The notes under the pieces: generated by a model
What the model was told of the DNA's origin: nothing
The model's database searches: none
What the model saw: only the letters and a program-made list of their open reading frames with translations
Assembly: GCA_964016885.1 (NCBI GenBank)
Contig: OZ024752.1
Coordinates: 45,694,001 to 45,758,000 of the forward strand
Origin: Eledone cirrhosa
Lineage: Eukaryota
Direction: 5' to 3'
Length of the DNA: 64,000 bases
In this document: positions 1 through 14,050 of the stretch, piece by piece
How the letters are laid out: every line of letters starts with the position of its first letter
Position numbering within the stretch: the first letter of the stretch is position 1
Program-made: the position numbers and the translations under genes

Positions 1-558
1 CCGAATTGAGAGACCACAGCTCCGATACTATGGACATGTGGTTAGAATGTCTCAGGAAAGAATCTCTGGAGTCACTCCAGGTAGAGCCGCTACTTCTCCG
101 AATTGAGAGATCACAGCTCTGATACTATGGACATGTGGTTAGAATGTCTCAGGAAAGAATCTCTGGAGTCACTCCAGGTAGAGCCGCTACTTCTCCGAAT
201 TGAGAGACCACAGCTCCGATACTATGGACATGTGGTTAGAATGTCTCAGGAAAGAATCACTGGAGTCACTCCAGGTAGAGCTGCTACTTCTTCGAATTGA
301 GAGACCACAGCTCTGATACTATGGTCATGTGGTTAGAATGTCTCAGGAAAGAATCACTGGAGTCACTCCAGGTGGAGCTGCTACTTCTTCGAATTGAGAG
401 ACCACAGCTCCGATACTATGGACATGTGGTTAGAATGTCTCAGGAAAGAATCACTGGAGTCACTCCAGGTAGAGCTGCTACTTCTTCGAATTGAGAGACC
501 ACAGCTCTGATACTATGGAGGACATGTGGTTAGAATGTCTCAGGAAAGAATCACTGGA
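1..558 (+). repeat. 97-bp tandem minisatellite (~5.7 copies, runs off window start) derived from an RTE-type LINE ORF C-terminus
   Basis: Unit CCGAATTGAGAGACCACAGCTCCGATACTATGGACATGTGG... recurs at 1, 98, 195, 292, 389, 486; translates to LLLRIERPQLRYYGHVVRMSQERI, matching the LRWxGHVxRM motif of RTE-clade ORF ends. Confidence 0.85.
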
Positions 559-597
559 CAGATTTGTAGCTCGGAGACCAGAGTCGCTCTAGGTAGA

Positions 598-640
598 TGT
601 AGTAGCAGCGGTGGTAGTAGTAGTGATGGTAGTAGTAGTA

Positions 641-708
<68 letters not shown>

Positions 709-718
709 GGTGGTGGTA
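598..718. repeat. (TAG)n/(TGG)n microsatellite
   Basis: Direct reading. Confidence 0.95.
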
Positions 719-825
719 GACAGCCAGATAGACAGTCTGACAGTCAACTTAAATACACATTAATTATTCCTTCATTCGTTTTTGATAACCAGTGGAATCT
801 GGTTCTCTTGCATTATGTTTCATTT

Positions 826-1460
826 GCCGCCTCATAAAGTATCTAAAGATGTCAAAAGTCTCGTTACACAGGCTGTCCCCCCAAAATGTATACACACTTT
901 TATTAGAATGCTGTTGAAGTATGTATACATTTTTGGGGGACACTTTGTATTTGTTGATAAACTTTTTATTTCCCGCCTCATAAAGTATCTAAAGATGTGA
1001 GAAAAGTCTCATTATACAGGATGTCCCACAAAAATGTATACGCACTTTTATCAGAATGCTGTTGAAGTATGTATATATTTTTAGGTACACCCTACATTTG
1101 CTGATAAATTATGTATACGTTTTTGAGGTACACTTTGTATTTGTTGATAATTTTTTTTATTTCCCGCCTCATAAACTATCTAAAGTTGTCAGAAAAGTCT
1201 GGGTGTCCACAAAAAAATGTATACATAGTTTTATTAGAATGCTATTGAAGTGTGTATACATTTTTTGGGGACACTTTGTATTTGTTGATAAACCTTTTAT
1301 TTCCCGCCTCATAAAGTATCTACAAAGTCTCATTATACAGGCTGTCCCCCAAAAATGTATACATAGTTTTTCCTGCCTCATTATCTACAAAGTCTCATTA
1401 TACAGGCTGTCCCCCAAAAATGTATACATAGTTTTCCTGCCTCATTATCTACAAAGTCTC
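826..1460. mobile_element. Tandemly amplified Tc1/mariner-type MITE plus flank (3 near-complete palindromic ~80-bp copies, then truncated units)
   Basis: CAGGCTGTCCCCCCAAAATGTATACA...TGTATACATTTTTGGGGGACACTTTGTA at 869-949 has terminal inverted repeats; repeated with spacer CCGCCTCATAAAGTATCTA; a solo relative lies at 17547-17651. Confidence 0.7.
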
Positions 1461-1629
1461 ATATTTGATAAGACAAATCAATGTTTTACTTCAATAATTA
1501 AAACCTGCTTTTACTATAAAATTAAACTTCACACATATTTAAACTGTTTTATTTCTAACACACACATTTACTCCTGCATAGACACGTGGAGCTAAAACAC
1601 GCTCACAATGTTGCTCTACAATTGTTATT

Positions 1630-1996
1630 TCTTTCTTTCTTGTATTTTTCTTTCTTTTTTCTTTCTTCTTTTTTCTTTTTTCTTTTTTCTTTTTTTCTTT
1701 TTTCTTTTTTCTTTTTTCTTTTTTCTTTTTCTTTTTTCTTTCTTCTTCTTCTTCTTCTTCTTCTTCTTCTTCTTCTTCTTCTTCTTCTTCTTCTTCTTCT
1801 TCTTCTTCTCTCTCTATCTTTCCCTATATTTCCCCACTTTCTCAATCAAACATCAACCAAGTTGCCATAAAGAAAATAAAAAATAAAAAATAAAGAATAA
1901 AAAATAAAAAATAAAAAATAAAAAATAAAAAATAAAAAATAAAAAATAAAAAATAAAAAATAAAAAATAAAAAATAAAAAATAAAAAATAAAAAAT
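1630..1996. repeat. T/C-rich tract with (TTC)n, followed by (AAAAAAT)n microsatellite
   Basis: Direct reading. Confidence 0.95.
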
Positions 1997-2289
1997 AACA
2001 ACAAAAAACCCCCAAAATCTAAAAATAATGTTTCATGGATCTCTAAAGAAAATTCAAAAGACATTTCCGACAGACATTCTTTCAAGCTAAAAAAATGGTT
2101 TCAGAAGAATTTTACTGTTGATTTTTACATTTTAGTCGTAGTTGTCCTAAACATAAAACAACTGTTAGAGATAAGTGACAAGAAGGAAGTCATTCGTAAT
2201 ATTTCTAAATACTAAAACTCAGAAGTCACTTAGAAATGTAAATATTAAGATATCCAGGTGTTAGTGTTAGAAATTGGGTCCTTTCTACA

Positions 2290-2575
2290 TAATAATTGTT
2301 TCTACTTTTGGCACAAGGGCAGAAATTACACCAGTGTATTACTGGTACTTTATTTTATCGACCCCCGTAAGGATGAAAGGCAAGGTTAACCATGGCAGGA
2401 AATAATAACAATTGTTTCTACTTTTGGCACAAGGCTACCAATTTGAAGGGGACATTTGATTGAATTGAACCAAGTACATTACTAGTACTTTATTTTACCA
2501 ACCCCGTAAAGATGAAAGGTAAATTTAACCTAACCACGGCCGGATTTGAACTCAGAACGTAAAGGGATGTAACCC
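2290..2575 (-). mobile_element. Two tandem partial copies of SINE family 1
   Basis: Conserved body ACTGGTACTTTATTTTATCGACCCCCGTAAGGATGAAAGGCAA; B box GGATTTGAACTC (reverse) in the second copy. Confidence 0.8.
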
Positions 2576-2609
2576 TATATACATATATATATATATATAA
2601 TATATATAT

Positions 2610-2745
2610 CAGAGCTTACTGATGATTTCTCCCGAATGAAAAAGTTCTAGTCTTGTAGAAGCCATTCCTATATTAAATATTTATATTCTGCTATGTATTG
2701 AGTACTTTACTTACTGTGGTTACCCCCGATTGAACCCGGGATAAA

Positions 2746-2748
<3 letters not shown>
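2610..2748 (+). mobile_element. Hammerhead-bearing Penelope-like mini-element, family A (degenerate ribozyme), in (TA)n
   Basis: CTGATGA(2619)-TTTC TCCC GAAT-GAAA-AAG TTCTAGTC TTG-TA-GAAGC, then family-A tail GTATTGAGTAC...GGTTACCCCCGATTGAACCCGG; TA tracts on both sides. Confidence 0.75.
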
Positions 2749-2830
<82 letters not shown>

Positions 2831-3432
2831 TGACTGAAACAAATTGTTAGCCGGTGTCACACGATCTGTGTCCCTCTTACACAACTGCACAAACATGTGC
2901 TATAATGACGTGCTATTAATAAGGACATTAAACTTTCTCGAGAAGCCAGATAATGATAACATTTATTTAATGTGAAACTTAATGTAAGAACCTCTTACTC
3001 AATTTATTTATAATTTTTATGAGCATCATTTTAGCTATAACTAACAAAAATGATTGATCTTAATTTGTTATTTATTTTATGCAAATATATGGTACCGATA
3101 TAATCGATTTTGGAGGATAAAAAATTTACATTTTTCTCTACTAAGAGTAAACACGTTCATTGGTTTTCGTTATTGACTGTAGTTGATGTGTTATTATAAT
3201 ACTCTGATATGGAGGGTTAATGCTATCAAAATGCCACAAATGAAAACATTTGACGGTATACTGTTCTGTTTGTATTTCAAATATTTCTGCCTAGTTTTAA
3301 ATACTGAATCGTGAAGTGATAGCAAAGATCAAATACTGCAATTGTTTGGCAGAAATTTCAATATCGTTCAGGCAGACATTTTTATCGTAAGTTTTGGTAT
3401 TTCTTACGATTGGAGTACTTTTTACACAAAAT

Positions 3433-3589
3433 ATTCTTTAGAAATCATCAGGAATCTCATTCCTGATGATTTCTAAAGAATGAAACAGTTCTAGTCCTGT
3501 AGAATCTCATCTATATTAAAACTTTTATACTCTGCAATGTATTGAGTACCTTACTTACTGTGGTTACCTCCGATTCAACCCGGAATAAC

Positions 3590-3590
<1 letters not shown>
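3433..3590 (+). mobile_element. Family A mini-element with 23-bp 5' fold-back inversion
   Basis: 3433-3455 is the reverse complement of 3459-3481; family-A tail ends at (TA)n. Confidence 0.8.
3459..3505 (+). ncRNA. Type I hammerhead ribozyme motif (family A), predicted cleavage after GUA at 3501
   Basis: ATTC-CTGATGA-TTTC TAAA GAAT-GAAACAG TTCTAGTC CTGT-A-GAAT: helix I ATTC/GAAT, helix III ACAG/CTGT. Confidence 0.75.
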
Positions 3591-3658
<68 letters not shown>

Positions 3659-4634
3659 TAAATCATGTCTTTAGAATCATCAGATAATAAAATATATACT
3701 ATTTCTTCTTCTAATTAGCATAATTAACCATATAAAAAATCAATTAGAACAAACTATAAGAATAAATGCTCTTATGGAGAAATCTCCGACAAATAACCGA
3801 ACGTAGCCTCTTCGCGGCGGCCCCAATCGAGTATTTATCCAACATTTCGACAGCATGTAGAAACTGACTAAATATACCACCAACCATACACAATTAGGTG
3901 TAAAATTAAGCTTAGAAGAAATGTGCACATACCGTAATATATATATATATATCCCTCCATATATATAATGTTACCACCGATTGAACCTGGATATTTATAT
4001 ATATATATATTGTTATACTTTGTGTGTGTGTTTATTTATACACATATCCCTACATATATATATATATGTGTGTGTGCGTGTGTGTGTGTGTGCGTGTGTG
4101 TGTGTGTGTGTGTTTATTTATATACCTATACATGCTTCCATATATATATATGGAAACAATATCCTACGGCATTTAGTTATGTTTGGTTTCGCTAATCTGA
4201 TAATCGATAAAATATGTAGACAAAATGTACCAATATAAACATCTAGAACATAATCCTGCTTGTCAAGATGTGTTCTAATATGACGTCGTTCTCAAAGGGA
4301 AATAACCGTGTTGATCTCAATTGGTATTCTTATCTGTTGAAGGTAGACAAGCTGACACTTTAACAGAAAGGGTGGCGAAGAAGAATTAACAAGTATTAAC
4401 TAGAGGTTGTTGGTGGTGGAGGTGGTAACTTAGCGATAGAACTGTTCTACTTGATATTTATTATATTATTATTACCAGTCTATGTTATCTAAATCCTTAA
4501 ATTCAATAACATTAATCCACTGTCTAGCCTATTGTTATTAAAATTTCTAAGGAAATGAAACGTTGGGAAAAAATTTAATATAAAGAGTGGTATGCTCATG
4601 CGCGGAGATGTTATGAAATAGCCGATAAATTTGT

Positions 4635-4815
4635 CAATCGACTTTCGTTAAATTGGACCGAGGAAACAATGTTTCCTTTGGTCTCTCCAATTGCTAATAC
4701 TATCTATCGGTCGCAACTCCAGGTAGAAAGAGCAACGTGAAATAAAGTGTCTTGCTCAAGGACATAACGCATCGCCCGGTCCAGGAATCGAACACACAAC
4801 CTCACAATTGCGAAT
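4635..4815 (-). mobile_element. tRNA-headed SINE family 2 (CORE-like body), partial
   Basis: Reverse of GTCCTTGAGCAAGACACTTTATTTCACG plus tail shared with 7638-7840 and 25465-25535. Confidence 0.7.
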
Positions 4816-5404
4816 CTAAAATAGCTTATAAAATAGAGTGGAGATCCTTAAAGACGGAAAAAGGTGTTGCCGTAGGCGGCCGCTATGAGGAATCGAAACC
4901 CAATGTGAAGCCGGTATCTTAAAATCAACCCCATGTGTCATGAAAAATATATTATCTTAGTTCTTTCTTATGTATTTCTTTCATTGTCTAGGATATCGAA
5001 CTATCATTGTTTCTTTTCTTTACTCTTTTATTCTTTTACCTGTTCCAGCCATCCGGCTGAGGCCATTCTGGGGCACTGCCCTTGTTCATATTTTCTTTTT
5101 CATTTCCATGTATTTCACCGAATCGTTTATTTCCAAGCATTCACGTTTGTTCTGTTGCTTTCAGGTAAAATCCCAGGTAGAAAATGGATGAATGCCTAGA
5201 AATATCAGCAACAAAATGGTGTCTAAATTAGGCGGAAGGCCAGAACTGTTGAGTAAGTGATTGCTATTTTATTTTATCGTTCCCAGAATGTTTATTTTGG
5301 CAGGATTTAAACCCAGAAGGTAAAGATCTGGAAGAAACACGACAAAGTATTTCATCTGGCACTCTAACAGGTTCACCAATCAGTTTGTCTCGCATCTAGA
5401 GGCT

Positions 5405-5605
5405 CATCAGGTGTTTAGCCCAGTTTCTTTGGCGTTAAGTGACTGAAAGTATAAGACTTCCCCCTGGACAGGTCGCCAGTCCATTGTAGGGTTAAACACC
5501 CAGCTATTGCTGCTGGTACTTCTTTTCAGTGAGTATACTGGAGCAACGTGAAATGAAGTGTTTTGCTCAAGAATACAACACACAACACAGTCCAGGAATC
5601 GATCC
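5405..5605 (-). mobile_element. SINE family 2 body/3' part
   Basis: Reverse of TTCTTGAGCAAAACACTTCATTTCACGTTGCTCCAG...GGACTGGCGACCTGTCCAGGG. Confidence 0.7.
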
Positions 5606-6412
5606 CATACATATATACGTACATATATACATATACACATACATATATACATACATATATACATACATATACACATATATACATACGTACATATATACAT
5701 ACATACGTACATATAAACATACATACGTACATACATGCGTACATACATACATACATACAAACATATACACATATACACAAACATATACATATATACATAT
5801 ATATATATACATACATTCATATATATATATACATACATAAACAGTAAAAATATGTCAAACATTCCAAAGATTTTGCATCTAATAACTGCATATACACATG
5901 TACAGATACAAAGCATATACACATGCACACATACAACTCAAAACATACACATCCACACATACAATGACATCCATATCTACACATGCATACATACATACAT
6001 ATCTACCTAGTTGATGTTGTGTAAATTACAATGAGAGAGTCTTGTGTCTATGTTAGAAACCGACTCTCTCTCTATTGGTTACACTTTGTGAAATTATAAA
6101 ACCAAAAGAACATACATACATATATACATACATAGCAATATATATATACACATATACACATACATATACATATACATATACATACATATATACATACATG
6201 TGTACACATAATTCATTTTTCTTTCTCTTCTGTTGCTCAGAATCTGATCAGTTCTGAATCAGAAGACAGAACGTCATTTGAAGGAAACTAAAGTAAAGGG
6301 ATTCCATTTTAGTTCCTTGAAACGAAGCAATGCCATTATAAAGATAGATGGACGTATATTAAGTTCGTAAAATCAGGTTTACCAGCCTATATATACATAC
6401 ATACATACATAC

Positions 6413-6469
<57 letters not shown>

Positions 6470-6534
6470 GCTGGTAAACCTGATTTTACTGTACAATATA
6501 TTTTTCTTCCTCATAATCGTCTATTTCTCCCTGT

Positions 6535-6587
<53 letters not shown>

Positions 6588-6858
6588 GTACAGTAATCAC
6601 TGACACGGTAGGAAACCAAAATCTACAGAGATGTAAGTTAAAGGTAATAATTACTTGTAAAATAGGTTCGCTTTGACAGTTTAAAGAAAATTTCATCAAT
6701 ATTGGAGAAGAACAAATGTAAATTTATATTTAGTTCAGTTGTTCAGAATATCTTTTACTGTTTTATATTTTTTATATATATATTTTTTCTCTCTGGTTAT
6801 ATATATATATATAGATAGATAAGATTGACAATATCACCAACAGTCTGTTTATCAGGTG

Positions 6859-6995
<137 letters not shown>

Positions 6996-7637
6996 ACACA
7001 CACACACACAAATGGATTAGAAGCGAGAGAAATAGGCTAAAGATGGTTGACTAGAAAGATCCAAGTGTATTTTAGACATTTACTTTTATAGCTGACACTA
7101 ACTTCATTTTTCTGAATCTGGTTCCACAAGAATTGATCTCATTTCAAGAACGAAAGTTTCCAAATTATATTAAAGACCTCTGCTATGAAACATTACTTCT
7201 GCTTGTGAGGGCAGAGTTAATGAATGTTAAGAAAGTTGTTTAACTACGAGGATGTTCTGGGTTCGATTACCACTTCGTGGTATTTTGAGCAAGTATTATT
7301 TAAAATGGTGTCGGGTCGAGTTCAAATCCCACCGATGTTAGGTTTGCTTTTCATCCTTACGGGATCGATATAATATATATAATAAAGTACCAGTAATGTA
7401 CTGGCATAATTGCTGGCTTTGTTCCAAAAGTAGAAATAATTATTTAAAATGCTGTCGGGTCGACACAGTGTGTTACAAAACTGGACTTTTGAATTACATG
7501 TACAGTCCATTCGATGGGCTTCCACACAGTTTCTGTCTACCCAGTTTCACTCACAGGACGTGGAAGTTATGGTCAATGATACTTGACCAAAATGTCACGC
7601 TGCCAATATAGATATGTATTTATTACACTTTTGTGAA

Positions 7638-7840
7638 GGCGAGTGGCTGAGTGGTGAGAGAATTAGATTCACAATTGTGAGGTTGCGAGTTTAGTTCCCG
7701 GACCGGGCGATGCGTTATGTCCTTGAGCAAGACACTTTATTTCTCGATGGTCTTTCTATCAAGAGTTGCGACTGGTAGATAGTATATCAGCAATGGAAAG
7801 ACCAATGGAAACATTGTTTCCTTGGTCCGATTTGATGAGT
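7638..7840 (+). mobile_element. SINE family 2, with Pol III A/B boxes
   Basis: A box TGGCTGAGTGG, degenerate B box GAGTTTAGTTCC, core GTCCTTGAGCAAGACACTTTATTTC. Confidence 0.75.
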
Positions 7841-8229
7841 TCTACCGCACTCGGTGAGTGAGTGAAGTCGGAGATATTGTTGATCGATATATTAAACTTT
7901 TATTGGTTTCAGTTCTTTATATCAAAGTACAACCAAGATAAAAGAACACCTAGGCTGTAGAAAATCGAAACCAGATCACCTACTTATCAACTGCTATAAA
8001 GATGGACACCCGGGTGTATGTGTGTGCATTTGGTTTATGATATATATGTGTAAGTGTGTATGTATGTATAAATATGTGTATGTATTTATGAAATATGTAT
8101 CTATGTATGCATCTATGTATGTATAGATATATATATACGTATGTGTGTATATATGTGTGTATTTGTACGTGTATGTTTGTAAATAGCTGTAGGAGTATTA
8201 ATCTCTCAATCTCTCTCTATCTATCTATC

Positions 8230-8295
<66 letters not shown>

Positions 8296-8428
8296 TGTAT
8301 ATATCTATATATGCATGTATATATATACGTATATCAATGGATATATCTATATATGTATATATATGTATATATATGCATGTATATATCTATATAGGTATGT
8401 ATATCTATCTATATCTATCTATATCTAT

Positions 8429-8495
<67 letters not shown>

Positions 8496-8535
8496 TGTAT
8501 ACCCTTCTCTCTCTCTTATTATACACACACACCAC

Positions 8536-8612
<77 letters not shown>

Positions 8613-8829
8613 GGTATTATAGAGGTGTGTTTAAAAAGGGGGTTAGTCGTTTCTATTCTGAAAGTAAACAATGGTTTAAAGTGAGATCGGAAAAGAAATG
8701 AAGAGAAATCGATAGATAAGAGAGAAGAGTGATAGTCGAGTTCGATTTTACCATTGTCTTTTAACAGAGAAATAACAGAGCCACGAGTAAAAATTCGATT
8801 GCAATAAATCAATCTAAACTTTAAAACAC

Positions 8830-8847
8830 TGTTGTTGTTGCTGTTGC

Positions 8848-8892
<45 letters not shown>

Positions 8893-9042
8893 GGTGGTGG
8901 TGTTGTTGTTGTTGTGGTGGTGGTGTTTTTGTTGTGGTGTTGTTGTTGCTGTTGTTGTTGTTGTTGTTGTTGTTGTTGTGGTGGTGTTGTTGTTGTTGTT
9001 GTTGTTGTGGTGGTGTTGCTGTTGTTGTTGTTGTTGTTGTGG

Positions 9043-9078
<36 letters not shown>

Positions 9079-9216
9079 GGTGTTGTTGTTGTTGTTGTTG
9101 TTGTGGTGGAGTTGTTATTGAAGCAGTCTTGATGTTGCTGTTGCTGTTGTAGTAGGCGTTTCTGTTGGGATTGATGTTGTTGTTGTAGTTATTGATATTG
9201 TTGTTGGTGTTGCTGT

Positions 9217-9220
<4 letters not shown>
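8830..9220. repeat. Imperfect (TTG)n microsatellite
   Basis: Direct reading. Confidence 0.95.
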
Positions 9221-9256
<36 letters not shown>

Positions 9257-9382
9257 CATATATATATACATATATATATATATATGTATGTATATATGTA
9301 TGAATGTATATATATTTGATGTGTGTATATATATATATATGTATATATGTATATACATATATATATATATATGTATGTATAT

Positions 9383-9413
<31 letters not shown>

Positions 9414-9451
9414 TGTATATATATATATGTATGTATATATGTATATATATG

Positions 9452-9484
<33 letters not shown>

Positions 9485-9494
9485 GTATATATAT

Positions 9495-9535
9495 ATCTGC
9501 ATTGCTTTATTGTACTACAATAAAACTCACCTCCT

Positions 9536-9538
<3 letters not shown>
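9495..9538 (+). mobile_element. 3' tail fragment of family B mini-element in TA/CA microsatellite
   Basis: ATCTGCATTGCTTTATTGTACTACAATAAAACTCACCTCCTAC is the near-exact reverse complement of 13527-13569. Confidence 0.8.
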
Positions 9539-9567
<29 letters not shown>

Positions 9568-9972
9568 GCACCACACAATTAAATATTGACAGTTCTACTG
9601 AGATATCTTGAAGAATGGTGAATATATTCATTGTTACATTGTTATAGGACTAGATATTTAAACAAACAGCTATACCGATATATATAATTAAACATACAGA
9701 AGGCAAATATTGAAACTGCACAATAGATGTATGCATGTATATATATATATATATATATATATATGTGGGTATATATATATATATATATATATATACGTAA
9801 TTTTTGCGTTTCGTTTCGTTTTTTCTCCCCGCCGAAACGCGATTCTCGCTGAATTTATATATATATATATTTATATATATATATATTTATATATATATAT
9901 ATTTATATATATATATATTTATATATATATATATTTATATATATATATATATATTTATATATATTATATATT

Positions 9973-10003
<31 letters not shown>

Positions 10004-10236
10004 ATTTATATATATTATATATATATATATATATATATGTATATGAAATAAGAGTAGTTAAGACGAGATTATTTCAGCATAATTATTTTATTGCATTATA
10101 TACATTTCTTTTACATAGTTATGTATTTGTCTTCATCAGCTGCTTATACAATCACTCACGTAGTTATACAATCATTAGGATGTGTCGCTAGTCATATTAA
10201 CACATTAATATATATTAATATATATTAATATATATT

Positions 10237-10420
10237 AATTGTTTTTACTTTAGGCACAAGGCCAGCAATTACCCAGTGCATTACTAGTACTTTATTTTAT
10301 CGATCCCGTAAGGATGAAAGGCAAAGTCAACCTCGGCGGGATTTGAACTCAGATCATAAAGGGACGTAACTATGCTGGAGATCATGGCGTCCGACCCTCT
10401 ACCGATACTGCCAATCCACC
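10237..10420 (-). mobile_element. Full-length tRNA-derived SINE family 1
   Basis: Minus strand: GGTGGATTGGCAGTATCGG (A box)...GAGTTCAAATCC (B box)...CTTTCATCCTTACGGGATCGATAAAATAAAGTAC...GCCTTGTGCC tail. Confidence 0.9.
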
Positions 10421-10700
10421 ATATTCGTAATATTAAGAGATTAACATCGACTTGTGGTTCCAGCATACACATGAAAGTCTTTTCTTATTAAGTTCTAGCA
10501 GTAGATGTATCGGCCTTCTGATTGGTTGAGTTTATGGGTTTATGCTTTTAGTTTATGCTAAATTGTTGACAGATTTACTGCTACATCTCATCTCGTGGTC
10601 TAACAAGTCGCCCATAGGTGTCGCTACCATCATATTTTTCGCTGGTCAGAGCAATACTGGCACCAATAAATCTAGAAAAGAGGAGAGAAGAACTAATTAT

Positions 10701-10888
10701 AATAATTGTTTCTACTATTGGCACAAGGCCAGCAATTATTCCAGTGTATTACTGGTACTTTATTTTATCGACCCCGTAAGGATGAAAGGCAAAGTTAACC
10801 CCGGCGGGATTTGAACACAGATCATAAAGGGAGGTAACTCTATGCTTCAAAGTATGGCGTCCGACCCTCTACCGATACTGCCAATCCA
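10701..10888 (-). mobile_element. Full-length SINE family 1
   Basis: Same A/B boxes and body as 10237-10420. Confidence 0.9.
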
Positions 10889-11992
10889 ATTGGCGACTTA
10901 TATATTCTACAATGTTCGACTATATTTTGGTAAAGTCTACGTTGTTGCAGCTTACAATAAGCTAGCATATTTTCAAAAATTCAAATTTACCTAACGCTTC
11001 GTTAAAATTACAACTGTCTCTTTGATTACTATTAATATCTTCAAAAGAAGATTTATTTTCAACAGGTGTAAACGTGGCGAATAATTTTTAAATGTAACAT
11101 CAAAAGAATTATTTATGTTTATCAAGAAAGACATTAATTCAAATTTTATATTTTAAATATTATTAAAAGGATTCTTTATTAAAAGGATTCTCGAGTGGCT
11201 CTTTAAGACATTTTAATGTTGACAGTAGAAATGTATATAAACTAAAATTATGTTGTAGCAGACGACATTACATCTCCTAATGTTGAAATCGACGCCATAA
11301 CTGTCGCAAAACATGAAATTATGAAAAATAAATCATACTCTCGCAGAAATTTGTGTGAAAAACAAAACAGAACAAAAAAAATGATACGTTGGATATCTGA
11401 AAATGTTATGCTTCTCTCTGGCTTTGATCTATAGATAAAACGGTTGAATGAAAAACGTATTGGACTATCATCTCGTTTGTTGAGAGCTCACATATCATGT
11501 AGGGGTGAACACGTAGCATGAGCGAATGGTTTAGAAGTTCGTTTCGCAAGCTTCAGGTCCTGGGTTCAATCCCATTGCATGATGTCTTTGGCATATGTCA
11601 TTTATCATATCCCCAGGTCGATCAAAACCTCGTGAGTGAAGTTGTGTTCACGGAAACTGTTTGCAGGACCGTCGGATTGACTGTATCAAAGGACCAGTTT
11701 TGTCTCAGATTGTGTCATTGTACCTGTAATTTCAACGAGTCAATCCGCGTGACAGACACTGATTAAATTACTGTTAACATTTGTAAATCAACTGCACCGA
11801 GAAACTACATGAAAATAGTTCTGCAAATAGGAAAAAAAAATATTCTTAATAATTAATAATAATTTTTATTATTCTGTTAACTACGGACGATAACGCTATA
11901 CATGCTTCCGTTTAATTATGACCTCATCAGGGAAGTATAGACTTCAAAATTGTACTGCCAATACTCTCAAAGCTGAAATATATCACTATATG

Positions 11993-12098
<106 letters not shown>

Positions 12099-12222
12099 AT
12101 ATATATATATATAAATTAACGGAGCCATAGACCCTCGCCATTCCCTGTAAATTGATAGCGCACTGTATATCTCTCTCTAGTGTGTTACCTTTTCAACATA
12201 TTGTATTTTATATATATATATT

Positions 12223-12329
<107 letters not shown>

Positions 12330-12330
12330 G

Positions 12331-12397
<67 letters not shown>

Positions 12398-12402
<5 letters not shown>

Positions 12403-12615
12403 AAACTGGAACGGGAACGAAAACAGAGAGGCAGTACAAACAAAGGTTTATTAGTTTCACGTTCTTGAGAGTGGGCGGGGGGGGGGACGTTTCGGGCATA
12501 AGCCCTTCTTCAGGAGAAAAGTGGGTGGGAAGAGAGTTCCGAGAGTGTGTGGGGGAGAGACATTTAGAAAAAAGTGGGGGAGAGAAAAGGGAGGAAAAAC
12601 GGTGGAAGGGGTAAA
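12398..12615 (-). mobile_element. Penelope-like pLTR/tail fragment, family D, with minimal hammerhead-like core at 12486-12513
   Basis: Minus strand CTGAAGA-AGGGC TTAT GCCC-GAAACGTC; 3' end abuts (TA)n; tail resembles 25730-25817. Helix I is not evident. Confidence 0.6.
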
Positions 12616-12636
12616 AATAAAAAAAAATAAAAAATA

Positions 12637-12718
<82 letters not shown>

Positions 12719-13007
12719 GATAACACTGATTTTAATGTAAACTTCTAACATATTCTCACGCTAGTTTTGACCATATATCTTAACTTCCTCCCATAAATGA
12801 CACAACTTTTTAATTTGACTGTTAAATAAAAGCTGAAGTAAATATATTTCACTTGTAAATTCCGTTGAAACAAGTCTACTAAATTGAAAAGATATCGTAA
12901 AACATAATACAGGCAGGAATTGAAATTAACTGCGACAATTACCGCTTCCTCATAAAATACATCAACGCCCTTATCTTTGGAATTCCTTACTCGTTTACAG
13001 TTTTAAT

Positions 13008-13068
<61 letters not shown>

Positions 13069-13096
13069 ATATCTATCTATCTATCTACCTATCTAA

Positions 13097-13221
<125 letters not shown>

Positions 13222-13325
13222 TATATGTATATATATGTATATATATGTATATATATATATATACATAAATATATATGTATATATATGTATATATATACAT
13301 AAATATATATGTATATATATGTATA

Positions 13326-13421
<96 letters not shown>

Positions 13422-13474
13422 TGTATATATATGTATATATATACATATATATATATACATATATATACATATAC

Positions 13475-13526
<52 letters not shown>

Positions 13527-13529
<3 letters not shown>

Positions 13530-13864
13530 GGAGGTGAGTTTTATTGTAGTACAATAAAGCAATGCAAATATCGGATAAGTAGCACTCTACAGTTTGTAGG
13601 ACTGGAGTATAAATAATATAAGATCAAAAGATGGTTAAAAGAGTTCCAAGTATTTTATTATGCGCATTTCAAAAACAAATATCATCATGAGATTTAATAT
13701 GTTGATTTAAAACTTCACTATTCACAAGTGTTTTTTAACCTTCATATCATGTATCCCTATTTTATCTGATGAAAACGCAGATATCATCTCATGATGATAT
13801 TTGTTTTTGAAATGCGCATAATAAAATACTTGGAACTCTTTTAACCATCTTTTGATCTTATATT

Positions 13865-13866
<2 letters not shown>
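13527..13866. mobile_element. Family B mini-element: tail plus inverted pLTR, ~80-bp inverted repeat, in (TA)n
   Basis: 13613-13693 is the reverse complement of 13786-13866; long TA tracts on both sides. Confidence 0.85.
13758..13828 (+). ncRNA. Type I hammerhead ribozyme motif (family B), predicted cleavage after AUA at 13820
   Basis: Helix [17 protein letters not shown] (8 bp perfect), CTGATGA 13766-13772, long helix II GCAGATATCATC-TCAT-GATGATATTTGT, GAAA, minimal helix III with palindromic GCGC tetraloop. Confidence 0.85.
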
Positions 13867-13935
<69 letters not shown>

Positions 13936-14050
13936 TAACAGATTAAAGTTTAAGCAAAGAATCGCTGCTCTGTCTGGTTCTCTATCTATGCATATAAAAA
14001 CAAGAAGTGTAAAGCAACAAGTTAAAATATTAACTACGTTTATTCATATT

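Noticed and set aside
1056-1595. 179-aa ORF
   Set aside because: Lies across tandem MITE copies; no transposase motifs
5400-5430. Hammerhead from minus-strand GAAAC...CCTGATGAGCC in the SINE tail
   Set aside because: Helices I and III cannot be formed
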